Made by a program: the position numbers and the translations under genes. From positions 1 through 53,794 of the IMG/VR virus record IMGVR_UViG_2740892439_000006: 53,794 nucleotides of DNA; one strand, written 5' to 3'. Below the pieces are notes generated by a model. The model made no database searches. It had not been told where the DNA came from and saw only the letters and a program-made list of their open reading frames with translations. Origin of the DNA: a virus. Taxonomy: Duplodnaviria; Heunggongvirae; Uroviricota; Caudoviricetes. Numbering within the stretch: position 1 is the stretch's first letter; each line of letters starts with the position of its first letter. Positions 45,377 to 53,794 of the stretch are shown here, in pieces.

Positions 45377-48300
45377 ATGGATATCAGCCCGTTAGCGACG
45401 TTGAACAATTACCGCAATGGCGAGCACTCCATATGTCAAAAGCCCTGGAAGAAAAATACAAAGCTCAAGCCGGGAAACGTTGATCGCGCTGGTAAAAGAG
45501 AGGTTATTTTGAAAGAGAATAAAGACCGTATCGCAATAATTGACGCTATTCAGGAAGCGAGCACAAACGAACTTAAAGCTCTTGCTGAGGTAAAAGACGC
45601 CATTCTTTCTGGGGCAAGCACCATAACTCAACAGGACGAAAGGCAAGGCAGAGTTAGCAACAGACTATCACGCAGGCGTAAAGACTACGAGCAAAGTACA
45701 TCTGATAGCGTTAGAGATGTCCAAACTAACCCATATAAAAAACGTCTCCCTGCTAAAAAGGAAAGGGCACCGATAAACCAAACCGTGGACCGCTCTATCG
45801 TTGCAACGAACACACCAGAAAGTGTTCGCTCCGTGCAATCACGTCAGACCATCCGAAAACCGGACGGTTTTATACCGGTAGCTGCTAATTCAGCCCCTCT
45901 TGAACCACAATCCCCCCAAAGTCTAAAAGGCCCGCTGCGGGATAGTAGTGGACGTTTTGTATCCCAAAAAAGCAATGAGGATGTAGCCAGAAAAAAAGAA
46001 TTGCAGAACGCACGTAAAGCCGACGCAAAATTACAAGCTGGCTTTCTCAGAAAGCTAGGTTCCATTATGGGGGTAGATGGCAATCAGTCTTCCAGTGAAG
46101 AGTCTTTAACAAATGCAGCTGGTGTCGGTGCTGGTGGGCCGTTATGGATGGCGGCTCGTGGCATGTACGACATAACTAAAGAGATCACAGGTAAAGCAGA
46201 ATCTCTTAAAGAATGGGTAGAAAAGGGGAAAAAAGAAACATCAACCTCGAAAGCGATATCACCAGTAATTACTTATCCGGCGGTGGTGAATTCTCAAAAA
46301 GCAACATCTGCAAAAGCGTTCAATAACGCTGTTGAGACAAAATCTGCACAAGCAGTAGAAGAGCAAACCAAAATCCTTCAGACCAATGACAACAAAATAA
46401 TTGATGGTCTGGAAAATGTTTCTGACGAGATACTTAAGCTTCGGAAATCAGTGTCTTCTGGAAATAAGTTCGGATTAAGTGATCTCTGGAAAAATCGAGC
46501 AAGCAGAAGAAATAAAATCAATATTGGTGATCAGACGGGAAAAAATAAACGGAACAAATCGAAAAGGAAAGGCCGCAATCTTGGAAAAAAAGCACTCTCC
46601 GCTGGCGAAAAAGTTGCTGCCGGTAGCGCTGCGGCTGGCACTGGTGTCGGAGCAGCAAAAGTAGTTAAAAATAAGATCAGCAAACCCAAAGATGTAAGCA
46701 CTATCAGCGATACATCAAAGGGGATTGCAAAGGAAACAAAAAATACTGCTAAGGCCGTGAAGTCAGCTGGTGTTGTGGCTGAAGATGCCACCATTAAAAC
46801 CGGCGAAGCCATTGCAAAGAAAAAAACTGAATCTGTAGCCCTCAAAAGTGCTGCAAAAATAGGTGTTAAATCAGCAGCATCCACAGCGGCAAGAGCGGTC
46901 CCTATCATCGGTTCGCTGGCAATGGCTGGATATGACGCCATAGATGGTTACACAGATACAGAGGCGCAAAAGGCAGCCTTTGGTTTAAGTGACGATGATG
47001 CTGTATCCGAACAGCAAAAAACGGCTTACGCAACAGCTAATGTGCTCGATATGGGGGGCTTGGTGTCGGGCGCAACGAACTTGATAGGGAAAGGAATTTC
47101 TGCGCTAGGATTTGAAAGAGCAGGTGAAAAACTTCAGAATTTTGATACCGGAGATATTGCTCGTGGTGTTAACGGCGCGGTAGATATCACCAAATCTGTT
47201 TTTGGTAGCCTTAAGGATACATTTTTATCCACTGACGAAAACACGAAACAAGTAAAAAAAGCTGTTGAAGACGGCACCAAAAAAACTGTCGATGCGATTC
47301 ATTCTCTAGGTGAACAATTACAAGGTGGGCGTAATGGCGAGGATGGAGTTGGTGAGCACGGGTATACTTCTCCAACTGAATTTAGTGCACCTGCCAACAA
47401 CACCATTGCAGCGGATCTGAATATTGGCGGCAGCAACGCTAAAAACCGCAATTACCGAAATAATAATCTCGGCAATCTTGTTTTTGCCAACCAGGAAGGG
47501 GCGACGTTGGAATCGCCAAATGCAAAAGGTGAACAACGTTTTGCGCGATTTAACACGCCTGAAGAAGGGATCAGGGCACTGGCAAACCAGGTTTCCAGCT
47601 ATTACAACGGCACCAGTGCTGCAGCGGGATATCAGAAGTTACAGACGGTATCCAGCATCATTTCAAAATGGGCACCGCCAAATGAGAACAATACTAACCA
47701 ATATATTGATAACGTCAGTAAATATCTTGGTGTATCGCCTAATGAAAAAATAGATGTCAGCAACCCAGAGGTTATGACGCAATTAGTTCGTGCAATTGCG
47801 ACGAAAGAAGGCGGAAATCCGGCAGTTAATAATGAGTTCATTAAGAATGCACTTGGAGCATTTAACACAAACACTGGTCGATGGGAGGGACAATTCTCTG
47901 ACGAAACATTGGCGCGGATTAATAAAATTCAGAAAGAAAATGGTGGTCAGCTAATTGCCCGCGATTCGCAATATAGTGTTGGTCGCAAGGTAAAATATGC
48001 TAATGGAAAATCTCCAGCTCATCCAGTTTTGAATGCCGTTCCGACAGCAACACAACAGCCAATTGAGGTTGCACAACATGCCCAGGCAGTCAAAAAGCCA
48101 CAAAAAACAGGCAATCAATCGCAACCGATTAATCCAGAGAATGTTGATGTTAATACTGGCTCGCCATCAAGTCTGCTTGAGAGATTAATCGCTATAAATG
48201 ACAGCGGGGTAGGTAATTTATTTGGAGGTGCAGCTACCAGCCTTGCTGGTACAAGCCTTGGCCTGATTAAGGATTTTGCGTCGGCGACTTCGTTTGGTTC

Positions 48301-48790
48301 TATATCTTCGCTTTCCGAAAAAGCGAAAGGAATGGATCAGGCTCTTACTGAAAAGATATCCAGCTTAACCGGTAAATCTTTTGGATTTCAAAAAGCAAGC
48401 CAGGTAACTGATATAAGAGACGCTTTACAAAAAAGACCAAAAGCTGAACGCGATATGCCTTCAGTGGATCTTCTCTCCGGTGTTTCTTCGGCAAGTGAGA
48501 GTGAAAAAATCTCTGTAAACTCAAGGGGGATTCCAGTTTATGACAATGGATACAAGGTAATTGATGGTGAAGATAAGGGGGTGCTTGGCTCTTTGTTTGA
48601 CTCGTCATTAACAGGTCTGAAACGTATTAGCTCTGCTGTGTTACCTGCAATTGGCGATAACGTTTCACAACTTATTGGTGGGGTAGATGGCACAGGCATT
48701 GTTAATGATTTGGTTTATCAGGCTACTGGGCAGAATTCAACAATTGCCAGGCTATTAGCCCGCTTACCAGGAGCGCCGGTAGTTGGCTGA
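45377..48790 (+). CDS. large virion protein (tape-measure / Sit-like)
   Basis: 1137 aa, Ala/Gly/Lys-rich low-complexity centre; position after tube/chaperone-like genes. Confidence 0.45.
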   Translation: MDISPLATLNNYRNGEHSICQKPWKKNTKLKPGNVDRAGKREVILKENKDRIAIIDAIQEASTNELKALAEVKDAILSGASTITQQDERQGRVSNRLSRRRKDYEQSTSDSVRDVQTNPYKKRLPAKKERAPINQTVDRSIVATNTPESVRSVQSRQTIRKPDGFIPVAANSAPLEPQSPQSLKGPLRDSSGRFVSQKSNEDVARKKELQNARKADAKLQAGFLRKLGSIMGVDGNQSSSEESLTNAAGVGAGGPLWMAARGMYDITKEITGKAESLKEWVEKGKKETSTSKAISPVITYPAVVNSQKATSAKAFNNAVETKSAQAVEEQTKILQTNDNKIIDGLENVSDEILKLRKSVSSGNKFGLSDLWKNRASRRNKINIGDQTGKNKRNKSKRKGRNLGKKALSAGEKVAAGSAAAGTGVGAAKVVKNKISKPKDVSTISDTSKGIAKETKNTAKAVKSAGVVAEDATIKTGEAIAKKKTESVALKSAAKIGVKSAASTAARAVPIIGSLAMAGYDAIDGYTDTEAQKAAFGLSDDDAVSEQQKTAYATANVLDMGGLVSGATNLIGKGISALGFERAGEKLQNFDTGDIARGVNGAVDITKSVFGSLKDTFLSTDENTKQVKKAVEDGTKKTVDAIHSLGEQLQGGRNGEDGVGEHGYTSPTEFSAPANNTIAADLNIGGSNAKNRNYRNNNLGNLVFANQEGATLESPNAKGEQRFARFNTPEEGIRALANQVSSYYNGTSAAAGYQKLQTVSSIISKWAPPNENNTNQYIDNVSKYLGVSPNEKIDVSNPEVMTQLVRAIATKEGGNPAVNNEFIKNALGAFNTNTGRWEGQFSDETLARINKIQKENGGQLIARDSQYSVGRKVKYANGKSPAHPVLNAVPTATQQPIEVAQHAQAVKKPQKTGNQSQPINPENVDVNTGSPSSLLERLIAINDSGVGNLFGGAATSLAGTSLGLIKDFASATSFGSISSLSEKAKGMDQALTEKISSLTGKSFGFQKASQVTDIRDALQKRPKAERDMPSVDLLSGVSSASESEKISVNSRGIPVYDNGYKVIDGEDKGVLGSLFDSSLTGLKRISSAVLPAIGDNVSQLIGGVDGTGIVNDLVYQATGQNSTIARLLARLPGAPVVG

Positions 48791-48873
48791 ATAATGGTAT
48801 TCAACAAACCGCAGATAGCATTAGAGGTATATCAAACGAAGCCAATAATGCCATATTTGGCTCTGCGTCAGCC

Positions 48874-49158
48874 GTGCAAGAACCTTTTCTTGCTTTGCCA
48901 CCACAGCTTCCTACTGTAACAGATCTCGCACGAAGCGGAATAAGACAACCATTAACTACTGACACTATAAATAACGATCCTGCTATGTTGAAGGCGCTGG
49001 ATAACATCTGCTCTATCCTGAACGATCTTCTGAATGTGAACAAGAACAATACAAAAGGCGATCCGGATAAGGTTGTCAAAACATCGCAGCCGCAACCGCG
49101 ACCACGTGCTAGCACAACTATTAATGACCCGTCGCTGGATGCTCTGCTTGAGGATTAA
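48874..49158 (+). CDS. possible minus-one-frame C-terminal continuation of the large virion protein
   Basis: Frame 1 is open from 48721 through 49158 overlapping the end of the frame-2 ORF; no RBS before the GTG start. Confidence 0.3.
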   Translation: MQEPFLALPPQLPTVTDLARSGIRQPLTTDTINNDPAMLKALDNICSILNDLLNVNKNNTKGDPDKVVKTSQPQPRPRASTTINDPSLDALLED

Positions 49159-49163
49159 TACAG

Positions 49164-49538
49164 ATGCTTTATGAAATAGACGCAAGACTTCAAACGAATG
49201 AGAGCGGTGTCATTATTGCAGAAGGAAGTACCGCAGCATGGATGGCCCGACTTGACGAGTGGCTACGAACCCCTGAAGGGAGTGTTTATGGTTTACCCTC
49301 TTGGGGGAATCCAATGGAAGAATTTAAGCATGAACCATTCGGCTCTGAAACTTCGCACATAGTTGAAGTGGCTATTGAAGGGAGAATGATGAAAAAACTA
49401 CGACAAGACTTGCCAGGTTTGGATGTGCAGGGGATTCGTTGCACATCAATTTCTGAAGATTCTTTATTAATTAGTTTTTATGCGAAAGGTGGGAGCATGG
49501 ATATTGTTATGCAGAAATCAAGTGGGGTGGGCGCGTGA
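49164..49538 (+). CDS. small baseplate protein (gpW/gp25-like, tentative)
   Basis: 124 aa, RBS, coupled to following baseplate gene. Confidence 0.35.
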   Translation: MLYEIDARLQTNESGVIIAEGSTAAWMARLDEWLRTPEGSVYGLPSWGNPMEEFKHEPFGSETSHIVEVAIEGRMMKKLRQDLPGLDVQGIRCTSISEDSLLISFYAKGGSMDIVMQKSSGVGA

Positions 49539-50963
49539 CGATTACAGAATTACTGGACAAATTTAATGCCAAGTTAAATGAAAACACATGGTGGTCACGA
49601 TTTGTAAATAGTCAGTTTGTGCAGATGCACGCTATATTCGGATCACAGCTTATTTATATTGCCCGTACATTTGCAAGCCGCGGCCTCACTGAGGGACTTA
49701 TTTCAACGGCTACGCGCCGCTCAAGTATTTTAGCGGTTGCTGAAGACCGTAGCTACGTAGGGCGATTTGTTAGTGCTTCATACGGAACAACGTCTATAAC
49801 CAATAAAACTGATCGGGATATTACGTTACCAGCCGGGGCTGAATTGCTTGCCAATGACCAAACACCTTTGGCAATTATTAACAGTGTTGTAATTCCTGCT
49901 GGAGGAACTGTTTCTGGCGTAGAACTAAACAGCATGAAGCTGTTAGCGTTACATTTGATATTGAGAAGGAAACTTTATTTCTGACATTGTTGCTTTCCAG
50001 AGAGTTAACAAAAGAAGTCTCTAGCCTTGATGTTTATGTTATTACAGATGGCGTAGAAGAAAAATGGACATATAACCCATTATTTAGAATGTCCAGAGAC
50101 AAGAGTAAGCACTATTCATTGGCATATAAACCTACAGAACAACTTGGAGTCAAGTTTGGTGATGGTTCTATGGGTATGATGCCTCCAGCAGGCTGTCAGG
50201 TTCGAATCGATGTTATGGCTAGCTTGGCGACTATACTTTGGCTGAAGGACAAAAGTTAGAACCGGCTGGAAATATCGCTCAATATGTGGAGTCACTAGAG
50301 TTTAAAATTGATTCGATCATTACCGGTGGTAGTGGTATGGAAACTACAGAAGAAACTCGAAATCGTGCTCAGTATTATGTTGCATACGATGAACAAGTGG
50401 TATGGGGCGGTGATTATCGCCAATTCATTCAGAATGTTGTTCATGGAACTTCATGGTTGAACGTTTGGGGCGAAGCGTTACAAGAGAAAATAACTGGGTT
50501 TGACGTTCGAAACATCAACAAAATTTTCTTTTGCGGACATAAGCCGGGTGTAAGCCAGGCTCAGCTAAAATCAGAAATACTGAAAGCTCTAGAGAATGTT
50601 CCAAATGAGTTGAACAAGCGGTTCGAGTATGTAGATACAAATGAACAGCCATTTACTATAAATTTTATAGGTATTGCACGTAAAAATGTTCTGATAGACG
50701 ATGCTCAAAATGCTATTAAAGCAGCGTTGGAAGATAATTTTGGCCGTGATTCGTCATCATTCAGTTTATTACTACAGAGTGATGATGATTCCCAGCAATG
50801 TTATGCACAGGTAAAAGTTAAAGATATTTGGCGAGTAATAGAGTCTCTGGATATGTTTCTGTCTTACGACATAACAATACAAAATATGAAAGATGCTGTT
50901 TACTTTAATGACTTCATTTATCTTGACGTGAAATCTTCAACGTTCAGCATTTCTTACCCGTAA
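49535..50963 (+). pseudogene. baseplate J-like protein split into three consecutive ORFs by two minus-one frame changes
   Basis: ORFs 49535..49984, 49987..50259, 50238..50963 in frames 2,1,0 with no RBS for the second and third. Confidence 0.4.
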
Positions 50964-50973
50964 TGAGGTTAGC

Positions 50974-51819
50974 ATGAAAGATAATTGGCTTAAGGAACGA
51001 TTAACTAAAGTAAAACAGGATTCCCATCTCTGGAGTGCCTTTATAGACGCTTTGCAAGATGTCTGGAATGAGGCAGTAGAACCAATATTAACAAGAATAA
51101 GTAACAGAAAATCCTTCTTCACTATGGACAGTGAGGATATGGATGCCCGCATTGCTGAATACGGGCGTTTTTTCGTTATCACTGAAAAAGATAAGGCCCG
51201 TAGGCCAATGCTGCTGGCGCAACGTTTAGATGAAGTGCACTTTAAAGGCACTATCTTGCCTATTGAGCAGACATTCTGGCGTGAATTCGGTTGTATTCCT
51301 GTTAGTTGGGAACCGCTATATGCACCTGTAAATATAGAAAAACACCCCTATGGTTCATATTTTGCGACCGAAATAGAAATACCTACGGCACAGGCTCAAT
51401 TCGGTGAGTTCTTCCTGACATCAAGGGGGCTGGTCGTTGTTGATCAGAACAAGCTATATCGCTCATATGGAGAGCAGGATAAAGAAGCCGCTGTGCAGAA
51501 ATTGTTATCTGACTTCGAAACAGTAATAGCCCCTTTGTTGCCATTGCATATTGTTTTTGATGGCGTCTCGTTTCGGCTTAGTGCTGTATTCCCTGAAGTG
51601 GCAGAAATACTAAATTGCTTGTCTACGGATGTTTCGGTAATTGAAGGTGTTTATGTTACTGAGAGTATGGCTGATATGCTATCCCGTAGTGATACCTCCT
51701 GCCAGGTAGACAATATTTCTCTTAACGCCATACCGAACCGAACGGCAGAAAAGCAATTACATCTTGATGTAACCCCACTCGATGCGTGGCCTTTGGATTA
51801 CCACCTTCAACCTGTTTAA
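50974..51819 (+). CDS. baseplate/tail protein (gpI-like, tentative)
   Basis: 281 aa downstream of J-like gene. Confidence 0.4.
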   Translation: MKDNWLKERLTKVKQDSHLWSAFIDALQDVWNEAVEPILTRISNRKSFFTMDSEDMDARIAEYGRFFVITEKDKARRPMLLAQRLDEVHFKGTILPIEQTFWREFGCIPVSWEPLYAPVNIEKHPYGSYFATEIEIPTAQAQFGEFFLTSRGLVVVDQNKLYRSYGEQDKEAAVQKLLSDFETVIAPLLPLHIVFDGVSFRLSAVFPEVAEILNCLSTDVSVIEGVYVTESMADMLSRSDTSCQVDNISLNAIPNRTAEKQLHLDVTPLDAWPLDYHLQPV

Positions 51820-51822
51820 TAA

Positions 51823-51848
51823 TTCTTCCCCCGCATTTGGGGGAAGAA
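51823..51848. terminator. perfect 10-bp hairpin without T-run
   Basis: ttcttccccc-gcattt-gggggaagaa. Confidence 0.3.
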
Positions 51849-51913
51849 CAACGGAAATCACAAACTGAGCATACTCTCCTTTGGTTCATTGCTTATGAAG
51901 GGGCTATGTTCGT

Positions 51914-52360
51914 ATGGCTGAAAATTTAAAGGCAAGAGATGGTAACCGCCTGTATAAGGCGCAATTGCTTTCCTACTATTATTCACGCCGCGCTGAGTCG
52001 GCGATCGGCAAAGGTGCGCGTTTTGTTATCTCTAAGGCGTATTGGTGCAAATCTAGTCTGGTAACTGCTAATGGTGCAGGAGGCTGGAATATAGCTGACA
52101 TTCCACTCGATTTTAAATTGAGTGATGCTCAACAGTTTGCAGTGTCCGATCTGATATTGTCCAGTGTGGATGGGATTATCACTATCAATGCAGCCTTCCC
52201 TCAAGAAAGAATGCCGGATAACACGCCTTACGACTTTAACACGCTTGTGCTTGTTGATGCTGAGGAACAGGCTTTTGGTGTGCTTTGCACCCAGCAAGAT
52301 ACCCTCTATAAAGGTAAACGTTACAGTATTCTCATGACAATCGAGCAAGTTGAGGGTTGA
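51914..52360 (+). CDS. hypothetical tail-associated protein
   Basis: 148 aa directly upstream of tail fibre gene. Confidence 0.4.
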   Translation: MAENLKARDGNRLYKAQLLSYYYSRRAESAIGKGARFVISKAYWCKSSLVTANGAGGWNIADIPLDFKLSDAQQFAVSDLILSSVDGIITINAAFPQERMPDNTPYDFNTLVLVDAEEQAFGVLCTQQDTLYKGKRYSILMTIEQVEG

Positions 52361-52362
52361 TT

Positions 52363-53794
52363 ATGGGGGCTGATAAAACGAACAACATAATGACACTATC
52401 CTCTGGTGTCTCACAGCCGTTGCTTGCTGATGTTCAATATTTCGAACTCTATAGTAGTTCGGCTCTTAACAGAAAACTTAAAAATATTGTTTTGCCTGGC
52501 TTTTACTGTGGATTTGAACCAGTTCCCGGCACAGGGTTGAGCGTCCGTATAACTTCTGAAAACTCAGAAGGTAAAGGGGCTGCTTCAGTAGATGTAAATA
52601 ATGTTCAGATATCCGTTCAGCAAATAGAAGATGTGACTGTCTTGGTAAAGGCTGGGGCTACCAACATTATTGTGCTGGAAGCCAATTTTGAACATGGTGT
52701 AAAAACGACACAGGTAGATAGCGCATCTTCTGTCAGCGCTGCAAGAATTTACGCGCGTACGGACAATACTATTGGGCAGAATCAAATTGAATTATGTCGA
52801 GTTATCGTGCCTAGCGGCGCAACGGCTGTGACTAAAGAAATGATTGTGCTTAAATACCGAGTTAACCGTGCTGTTGGTGTCGAATTCTCTAATGAAATAA
52901 GCAGTACAGAAGAAAGAAAAGCGGCTACACCTCTGGCTGTCAAAACTCTACATGATTTGGTTGATACAAAAGCACCGCTCGATAGTCCGCATCTGTCAGG
53001 TACGCCGACTTCGCCAACACCTGAACCCGGTACAAACAACACACAGATCGCAAATGCGGCCTTTGTCTATGCTGCTATAAATGCGCTTATCAATGGTGCT
53101 CCGGGAACGATGGACACGCTGAAAGAAATTGCAGCAGCCATCAATAACGACCCAAAGTTCAGCGAAACTATCAATAACGCACTGGCTCTTAAAGCTCCTT
53201 TGGCAAGCCCGGCGTTTACAGGTACGCCGACAGCGCCTACGGCCTCACAAGGCACAAATAGCACGCAGATTGCAAATACAGCCTTTGTTAAGGCAGCTAT
53301 AACGGCACTTATCAACGGTGCGCCTGGCACATTGGATACGCTGAAAGAAATAGCGGCTGCGATCAATAACGATCCGAATTTCAGCACAACTATCAACAAT
53401 GCCCTGGCTCTCAAAGCGCCTTTGGCAAGCCCTGCATTAACGGGTGTCCCTACTGCGCCGACCGCAGCACAGGGCACAAATAATACGCAGATTGCTACGA
53501 CCGCTTATGTAAGAGCTGCCATATCCGCATTGGTTGGTTCATCACCAGAAGCTCTTGATACCCTGAATGAGCTTGCCGCAGCACTTGGCAATGACCCGAA
53601 CTTTGCGACAACAATGACAAATGCGCTGGCAGGCAAACAGCCTCTGGATGCAACTTTAACCGCGCTCGCTGGCCTTGCGACTGGTGCAAACAAACTGCCT
53701 TATTTCACCGGTAAGGATACGGTAGCGCAGACTGATTTAACGTCAGTCGGTCGCGATATTCTGGCTAAAACAAGCACACTAGCCGTTATCCAAT
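52363..53794 (+). CDS. tail fibre protein (partial, runs off window)
   Basis: Repeated PAFTGTPTAPTA..GTN.TQIA.TAFV and GAPGTLDTLKEIAAAINNDP motifs typical of phage tail fibres; no stop before window end. Confidence 0.7.
   Translation, partial: MGADKTNNIMTLSSGVSQPLLADVQYFELYSSSALNRKLKNIVLPGFYCGFEPVPGTGLSVRITSENSEGKGAASVDVNNVQISVQQIEDVTVLVKAGATNIIVLEANFEHGVKTTQVDSASSVSAARIYARTDNTIGQNQIELCRVIVPSGATAVTKEMIVLKYRVNRAVGVEFSNEISSTEERKAATPLAVKTLHDLVDTKAPLDSPHLSGTPTSPTPEPGTNNTQIANAAFVYAAINALINGAPGTMDTLKEIAAAINNDPKFSETINNALALKAPLASPAFTGTPTAPTASQGTNSTQIANTAFVKAAITALINGAPGTLDTLKEIAAAINNDPNFSTTINNALALKAPLASPALTGVPTAPTAAQGTNNTQIATTAYVRAAISALVGSSPEALDTLNELAAALGNDPNFATTMTNALAGKQPLDATLTALAGLATGANKLPYFTGKDTVAQTDLTSVGRDILAKTSTLAVIQ
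52970..53634 (+). repeat. three tandem ~222-bp (74-aa) repeats inside tail fibre gene
   Basis: Units begin KAPLDSPHLSG / KAPLASPAFTG / KAPLASPALTG. Confidence 0.6.

Larger units (their letters stand above)
1..53794. mobile_element. Segment of a mosaic P1-like phage-plasmid (boundaries outside window)
   Basis: Co-occurrence of iteron RepA replicon, two partition systems, phd-doc/higBA addiction modules, humD, ref and contractile-tail structural genes; no chromosomal flanks seen. Confidence 0.6.

Noticed and set aside
46531-46941. Minus-strand 136-aa ORF inside the large virion-protein gene
   Set aside because: Antisense reading of an Ala/Gly/Lys-rich low-complexity region
53067-53693. Minus-strand ORFs with internal repeats near the window end
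   Set aside because: Antisense reading of the tail-fibre tandem repeats; the repetition comes from the plus-strand gene
1-53794. tRNA genes, rRNA genes, transposases/IS elements, integrase
   Set aside because: No T-loop/anticodon-arm-like structures in intergenic regions, no transposase or tyrosine/serine recombinase motifs in any ORF

Overview
This 53.8 kb window reads as one continuous segment of a mosaic, P1-like phage-plasmid; no element boundary, integrase, tRNA, rRNA or CRISPR array is visible. Modules recognised from the sequence: (i) a lambdoid-type early/accessory region on both strands (frameshifted dUTPase, DUF2829-like protein, NinI-type Ser/Thr phosphatase, PAPS-reductase-like, ASCH-like, DUF551, DUF4406-like, a ClpX zinc-binding-domain protein); (ii) P1-type phd-doc addiction module, humD with a LexA box, and a Ref-like HNH nuclease; (iii) an immI-like unit (structured RNA candidate, small ORF, Rha-type antirepressor carrying a DUF2829-like C-terminus); (iv) a visibly AT-rich accessory island with secreted, membrane and SWIM-zinc-finger proteins, followed by higB-higA; (v) contractile-tail, baseplate, head, spanin and tail-fibre genes; (vi) an rdgC / C5-methyltransferase-like / dam operon; (vii) a full-length E. 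coli-type glnS embedded between dam and plasmid partition genes; (viii) two partition systems (small ParA plus RHH protein; ParM/ParR with parC-like repeats) and an iteron-flanked RepA replicon. The findings I rate highest are a dispersed palindromic operator (TGTTAGA-N16-TCTAACA) in front of several operons, the embedded glnS, DUF2829 (Tad2-like) domains in two proteins, and a recurrent pattern of minus-one frame breaks (dut, parM, baseplate gene and others) that is either gene decay or systematic indel error. All protein calls rest on the supplied translations and remembered family motifs; no database search was run.
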